From the IMG/VR virus record IMGVR_UViG_3300033475_000115, positions 1 through 30,525 of that record: DNA of 30,525 nucleotides, one strand, 5' to 3'. The notes beneath the pieces are model-generated. The model saw only the letters and a list, made by a program, of their open reading frames with translations, did no database searches and had not been told where the DNA came from. The translations under genes were made by a program, and so were the position numbers. Shown here one piece after another: positions 26,470 to 30,525 of the stretch. This DNA is from a virus. Lineage: Duplodnaviria > Caudoviricetes. The stretch's first letter is position 1, and every line of letters begins with the position of its first letter.

Positions 26470-26521
26470 CCATGAAAAAACCTGAACCTGTGAGCGTTGT
26501 TTCTGTGGCGACTGGTTCTCT
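26409..26521 (-). repeat. attC site of cassette 3, 113 bp (weaker inner stem)
   Basis: Minus strand: agagAAC-cagtc-gcc(a)caga-aacaacgc ... gcgtg-tctgatc-tccgc-GTTcagc. Confidence 0.75.
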
Positions 26522-26753
26522 GGCTCGTGAGCCGCTGACCGAAAAACAAGCCGACAACCTGCTGGCTCTGCTCGGAAACGCCAAGAGGCTGGAAAAGCTC
26601 AGCGCGGCGGAACTCGTGAGCGAATGTCTCGAGACTCCCGCCGCTGACTACCAAGTCGTGACAGAGCTCATGAACCGCGTCCTGCCGGGGTGGGCTGACA
26701 TACTCGGGGATGACGAGCCAGAGAACGCTTCGGATCAGAGACCCCGCCCATGA
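26466..26753 (+). CDS. Cassette 3 ORF, hypothetical (95 aa)
   Basis: ATGA overlaps at both ends; start lies in its own attC loop. Confidence 0.7.
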   Translation: MTMKKPEPVSVVSVATGSLAREPLTEKQADNLLALLGNAKRLEKLSAAELVSECLETPAADYQVVTELMNRVLPGWADILGDDEPENASDQRPRP

Positions 26754-26811
26754 AGACTCTCAATTGTAAGCAAGACGCGAAGGCGGGGTTCTCTGCATCC
26801 GATTGTTCGCC
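26720..26811 (-). repeat. attC site of cassette 2, 92 bp (clearest example)
   Basis: Minus strand: ggcgAAC-aatcg-gat(g)caga-ga(a)ccccgcc ... ggcggggtc-tctgatc-cgaagc-GTTctct; perfect stem apart from two unpaired bases. Confidence 0.92.
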
Positions 26812-27097
26812 CACGTTCGTCTGGACGCTCATCGCTGGCTACGAGCCGATGGAGGAATGCCATACCGATGGCGGCATGAAAGTCGGCTGGGTCAACCCGG
26901 ATGCGCTCACCAAGATGACGCCTCGGAACAAATGGGGAACGCGCGCGGACTGGCCCGGCGAGTGGGAGGGCGTGCCGCATGTCAACGACGCAGAAGGCCA
27001 GCCGCTCGATTGGGAATTGTCGCGCGTCTGTGAAAGCTACGAAGCCGCGAAGTCGCACGTTCAGCGCAGTTGGGCGAACAACTCGGGTCAGAAATGA
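26750..27097 (+). CDS. Cassette 2 ORF, hypothetical (115 aa, Trp-rich)
   Basis: Start in its own attC loop; stop in the next attC. Confidence 0.7.
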   Translation: MKTLNCKQDAKAGFSASDCSPTFVWTLIAGYEPMEECHTDGGMKVGWVNPDALTKMTPRNKWGTRADWPGEWEGVPHVNDAEGQPLDWELSRVCESYEAAKSHVQRSWANNSGQK

Positions 27098-27164
27098 CCC
27101 TCTACTAATCAACCGAATCACCAGCGGGCACAGCAGGGTCATTTTCTGTAGTCGCTGGTTAGCC
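27073..27164 (-). repeat. attC site of cassette 1, 92 bp
   Basis: Minus strand: ggctAAC-cagcg-act(a)caga-a(a)atgaccct ... agggtcatt-tctgacc-cgagtt-GTTcgcc. Confidence 0.9.
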
Positions 27165-27181
27165 TCCGTAAAACGAATACT

Positions 27182-27493
27182 ATGGACCTAGAAACACGAT
27201 ACATCGTAGTGAAAATCAAGGACGCGAACCGCTTCCTTTCGACTGCCGAGCGAGACATGCTAGAGCGGCTCCATGCCAAGGCCGCTCTGGGTAGAATAGA
27301 CGCAGGCCAAAAGATGCTAGACTGCATCGTGGTAGAGAAAGACTGGCCGGAATACGCGCCGACACTCGCCGCTATCTCAGCCCGCGTGGACGCCCTCGGG
27401 AATAAGCCACACCATGCATGTGACGAATCGTGCATCTATCACTGCACGGAAGCCGGACAGCATCCGCCTGATTGTTTGGCTAACAAGCAGTAG
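27182..27493 (+). CDS. Cassette 1 ORF, phage-type hypothetical (103 aa)
   Basis: RYIVVKIKD...CIVVEKDWPEY pattern; ends ANKQ* across the attI crossover. Confidence 0.75.
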   Translation: MDLETRYIVVKIKDANRFLSTAERDMLERLHAKAALGRIDAGQKMLDCIVVEKDWPEYAPTLAAISARVDALGNKPHHACDESCIYHCTEAGQHPPDCLANKQ

Positions 27494-27517
27494 GCCCACG
27501 GAGGTTCTCTATCACTT
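27478..27517 (-). other. Putative attI site
   Basis: Minus-strand GTTagcc core (27484-27478) with a 6-bp spacer and L-like box, no attC hairpin; 33 bp upstream of the intI ATG. Confidence 0.7.
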
Positions 27518-28456
27518 ATGCCCTGGCTCGCTGACAAAATCTCGGATGCTTGTGCGGTGAAGAACTTTTCACCGCGCACGGTGGAATGCTACACGTCGTG
27601 GGCTCGGGTATTTTTTCGGTTCTGCAAGCAGCGTGACCCCCGCTCCTGGACGGCTGATGACGTTAAGGGATTCCTCACTTGGATGGCTACGACGAGTCCT
27701 TCCTATTCGGCCAAATCCCAAAAGCAGGCTAAGAACGCCATCGTCTTCGTCACCCGTCACGCGCTGGGAGTGGACATTGGCGATTTCTCTTCGTTCCAGC
27801 GGGCGCCGGAGTTCCGCCGACCTCCCACGGTGTTATCTCGCACTGAGGTGCTCGCACTCCTCGAAAAAATCCCTAACAAATGGCGGCTTCCGATTGAGCT
27901 GCTTTATCGGTGCGGCCTTCGGCTGAATGAAATGTGCCGGCTGCGGGTGCAGGACTTGGATATCTCTTGCAGGCGGGTGATCGTCATTGATGGAAAGGGC
28001 AAAAAACACCGTGAGGTGCCGTTGCCAGAATGCCTGGTCGAAATGGCTGAGCGCCGTATCCGTTGGCGCAAGGGCCTGCACGAGGCCGATCTTGCCCAGG
28101 ACGCGGGGATCGCTCCGATGCCTGATCGCCTCGGGGTCAAGCTGCCCAGCGCCTGTCGTGAGATCGGCTGGCAGTTCGTTTTCCCCTCCACCTGCATCCG
28201 TGATGGGGCGCGGTGGTGGACGAGCGATACCCAGATTCAGGAGATGGTGAAGAAAGCAGCCAAGGAGGCCGGCATCCTCAAGCGCGTCACGCCCCACACT
28301 CTGCGCCACTGCTACGCCACCCACCTGCTGGAGGCTGGCGCCAATATCCGCGACGTCCAGGAGCTGCTCGGTCACGCCGACGTCTCGACGACGATGATCT
28401 ATACCCATGTGCGCGCCCAATCGACGCGGGGATTTGTTAATTTACTGGCCTCATGA
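27518..28456 (+). CDS. intI: Integron integrase (tyrosine recombinase)
   Basis: SPRTVECY..W N-terminal domain, PTVLSRTEV, GLRLNE, DGKGKK, IntI-specific insert LHEADL..DAG...MPDRLGVKLPSACREIGWQFVFPS, HTLRHCYATHLLE, LLGH, TTMIYTHV. Confidence 0.92.
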   Translation: MPWLADKISDACAVKNFSPRTVECYTSWARVFFRFCKQRDPRSWTADDVKGFLTWMATTSPSYSAKSQKQAKNAIVFVTRHALGVDIGDFSSFQRAPEFRRPPTVLSRTEVLALLEKIPNKWRLPIELLYRCGLRLNEMCRLRVQDLDISCRRVIVIDGKGKKHREVPLPECLVEMAERRIRWRKGLHEADLAQDAGIAPMPDRLGVKLPSACREIGWQFVFPSTCIRDGARWWTSDTQIQEMVKKAAKEAGILKRVTPHTLRHCYATHLLEAGANIRDVQELLGHADVSTTMIYTHVRAQSTRGFVNLLAS

Positions 28457-29046
28457 CGCCCGCCGCCCGCAGTCACTATTTCATCGAGCTCTGGCCAGCC
28501 GCCGCGCTCGCCAACGAGTGGAACGTCAAGGACGACGCCCGGCGGCGCGCCGTCACCCTCGCTTGCATGGCGGCCATCAAGGGCCCCGAGACCGATTCCG
28601 TCTCCAAGATGGGTGAGGACGAGATCACGGCGCTGTTTACCTACCTCCGCCACCTCGCAGATCCCGCGAGCCTGGACAAATCCGCCCGCTGGGTGAGCTG
28701 CCAAGAGGACTACAAGACCTTCGCGCGCGCGAAGCAGGCCGATTTCCACGAGCGCAGCCTCTACGGGAAGGGCAAAAACAAGCTCGATAAGAACCGTTTC
28801 AAGGGCGAGACGAGCGCCGCCGGCGGCCCGCTCGACACCCTCGACGCCGAGGAGGTGCGCAAACGCCACCTCACGATGGCCAGCCGCAACCAGGCGCGCC
28901 TGCGGAAAGAGAAAAAAGACCGGCGTGCGGCTACCAAGGAGCCGGCGATCGACTTCGACGCCGCGCCGGCCGGCACCGCGATGCCTGCACCGGCTGCTCC
29001 CATGCCCGCGCACCGCAAAACCGCCGATATCGAGGTGCCGTTCTGA
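28453..29046 (+). CDS. Hypothetical protein (possibly Mu gp16/GemA-like)
   Basis: ATGA overlap with intI; backbone-like codon usage; position late in the early operon. Family call is weak. Confidence 0.55.
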   Translation: MTPAARSHYFIELWPAAALANEWNVKDDARRRAVTLACMAAIKGPETDSVSKMGEDEITALFTYLRHLADPASLDKSARWVSCQEDYKTFARAKQADFHERSLYGKGKNKLDKNRFKGETSAAGGPLDTLDAEEVRKRHLTMASRNQARLRKEKKDRRAATKEPAIDFDAAPAGTAMPAPAAPMPAHRKTADIEVPF

Positions 29047-29327
29047 TGGAATCCGTGGGCAAACTTCTCTCCAGTGTCGGGATCGCCGCGACGGGCGGGC
29101 ACGGGGTGAGTTTGCCGCCGGAGGTGCAGCGTTTCAAAGTGACGCTCGCCCGCTTTGCCTTTTACGAAGTCGAGGTGCTTGCCGAGACCGCGACGGCCGC
29201 GATGGCGATGGCGGAGCAAAGCCCGCCGGTGAAGCCGAAGTTGAAATTCTACACCGGGCACTCGGCGACTTATGCGGAGGTGTTTCAACCGTGGGATGGG
29301 AAGTGGGCGAAGGTGCCGCGCGCATGA
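29046..29327 (+). CDS. Hypothetical protein
   Basis: TGATG and ATGA coupling to neighbours. Confidence 0.55.
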   Translation: MESVGKLLSSVGIAATGGHGVSLPPEVQRFKVTLARFAFYEVEVLAETATAAMAMAEQSPPVKPKLKFYTGHSATYAEVFQPWDGKWAKVPRA

Positions 29328-29656
29328 AATCCGACCCCTTCACTGACGAGTTGGGCTTGAAAATGGCCGCCCCAGAGGTGAGCGAGTCGGAGATTCAGTC
29401 GTTGGCGACGTGGTTGGAGGGTAAGGAATGGTGCACCGCCCGGCAGATCGAGGAGGCTCTGGGTCTCGATGAGCGAAAGGTGCGTGCGATCGCAGAGCAC
29501 AGTGACGGCCTCATCCTGAGCGGGCCCGGTTGCCCTGGCTATCGGCTCTTCGATGGGGCGACCCGGATCGGTGACGCCGATCGGGCGGCGCATCCATCGT
29601 TTCGCAAGGTGACCTATGGATGTACTTGGCTCTTTTCTCGATTCGCGTCGCGGTAG
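29324..29656 (+). CDS. Winged-helix DNA-binding protein
   Basis: WCTARQIEEALGLDERKVRAIA...LILSG...GYRL. Confidence 0.65.
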   Translation: MKSDPFTDELGLKMAAPEVSESEIQSLATWLEGKEWCTARQIEEALGLDERKVRAIAEHSDGLILSGPGCPGYRLFDGATRIGDADRAAHPSFRKVTYGCTWLFSRFASR

Positions 29657-30224
29657 CGACAAAGGCCGGCCGGCGTCCGAAGACTGGATGCTCACCGTGC
29701 TGGCCCCCGAGGAGCGGTTGATCAAGTTCGACGCCTGGACCAAGCACCAGCTGGCTACCCGTCTCAAATGGCCGGCCGATGAACGCCGGCGGGTGAAGCT
29801 GCAGGGCCAATGCCGCGCCCGGCTGGAGAGGATCACCCTCGATCTGTGGCGCCGTGGTTGGCTTTTGGACGGCAAACGACTCTCCGCTCATATCATTGCC
29901 GCGCTCGATGACATCGCGGCCGCACAAGGGCAGGGAAGGGTGAAGGAGTTCTGGCCGTTCTTCTGCCGCGTCGTGGACACCTACGTCGGCATCAACTCCG
30001 AGACGATCCAAGCAGAGGCGCGGTCGCTGGCCGGCGCCCAACCTGCCGGCGACGTGATGAAGCGGGCGCTCGGTTCAATCCTGAAGCCCGTCCCCACTAT
30101 TCCCGACCTAGTCGCCGAGCGCCGGTCCGAGATCAACCAAGAGCGCGAGGAAAAGCTGCGCTCCAGACTTTCTAAAGCCCGACTTAAGGAATCTTCAAAC
30201 GACGGTCAGAAAACCCTCTTTTAA
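29616..30224 (+). CDS. Hypothetical protein, last gene of the early arm
   Basis: 202-aa ORF with plausible composition; start uncertain. Confidence 0.6.
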   Translation: MDVLGSFLDSRRGSDKGRPASEDWMLTVLAPEERLIKFDAWTKHQLATRLKWPADERRRVKLQGQCRARLERITLDLWRRGWLLDGKRLSAHIIAALDDIAAAQGQGRVKEFWPFFCRVVDTYVGINSETIQAEARSLAGAQPAGDVMKRALGSILKPVPTIPDLVAERRSEINQEREEKLRSRLSKARLKESSNDGQKTLF

Positions 30225-30229
30225 AATCC

Positions 30230-30396
30230 GCGAGGCTTAATCCTCCGCCAATCTGCCGGCTTTTTCCGGCTTTCTTGTCCGAGGAGGAGCAAACCGAAAT
30301 CCAAGCCGTCCCGGCACCCGCGCGGCGGCTTTTCTCCTCTGTAGTTCAGGGTTTCTCAGGGTAGATAAGGCTTTTTCAGGCGAGGCTTAATCCTCC
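30230..30396 (+). repeat. 17-bp direct repeat pair, candidate transposase-binding sites
   Basis: gcgaggcttaatcctcc at 30230-30246 and 30380-30396; internal GAGG-N6-CCTC dyad. Confidence 0.75.
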
Positions 30397-30525
30397 CTCC
30401 CTCTCTCAATGAACGGATCGGTTTGGCATCAGCCAAATGTGAATAAGTTTTTGGCTGAAATCTGTTATTTGAGACGGAGTTGTCTTGACTGAAGTGGGTT
30501 AAAATGGGTTGAAATGGGGCGTTCT

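Larger units (their letters stand above)
25584..28456. mobile_element. Phage-borne integron: intI + attI-like site + five cassettes
   Basis: IntI-specific insertion in the integrase; five AAC...GTT hairpins with attC spacing; complementary cassette ends. Confidence 0.88.
1..30408. mobile_element. Mu-like transposable prophage; left part runs off the window, right end tentative
   Basis: DDE-type transposase next to an AAA ATPase, repressor/Ner-like divergent switch, Mu gp26/gp27/gp28-like packaging genes and full head and tail modules. Repeats and a CA dinucleotide near 30408 precede AT-richer DNA. Confidence 0.9.

Noticed and set aside
25584-27484. CRISPR array or toxin-antitoxin repeats
   Set aside because: The repeated elements share structure, not sequence, and are separated by gene-sized units; no cas genes.
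27478-27510. A sixth attC formed by AAC 27482 and gttctct 27504
   Set aside because: Too short for two L boxes and a loop; interpreted as attI.
27518-28456. Reading this gene as the prophage integrase or XerD
   Set aside because: It has the IntI-specific insertion and adjacent attC sites, and the phage already has a DDE transposase.

Overview
The window holds most of a transposable (Mu-like) prophage in a GC-rich host, probably a PVC-superphylum bacterium. That host call is inferred from an SHD1-domain moron, non-Shine-Dalgarno leaders and heptamer tandem repeats. The left half (minus strand, 1-16135) is the late operon: a lysis region with holin-like and spanin-like genes but no visible endolysin, Mu-type gp26/gp27/terminase, an HK97-type portal fused to a gpF domain, prohead protease, HK97 capsid, head-tail joining genes, a tail tube and a >952-aa tail fibre that the ORF track missed (LamG-like and GQSN/SGNH esterase domains). 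The centre has two morons, a repressor and a divergent Ner/Cro-like gene. The right half (plus strand) is the early operon with MuA-like and MuB-like genes, many small ORFs and a candidate right end near 30408. The most striking element is an apparently complete integron built into the early operon (25584-28456): an IntI-family integrase, an attI-like site and five attC sites delimiting five cassettes, one encoding a phage Dam-type methyltransferase. All cassette ORFs are inverted relative to their attC sites, so they read with the phage operon. The attC hairpins are themselves coding and supply stop codons and ATGA start/stop overlaps. All calls are by eye; no database searches were run.
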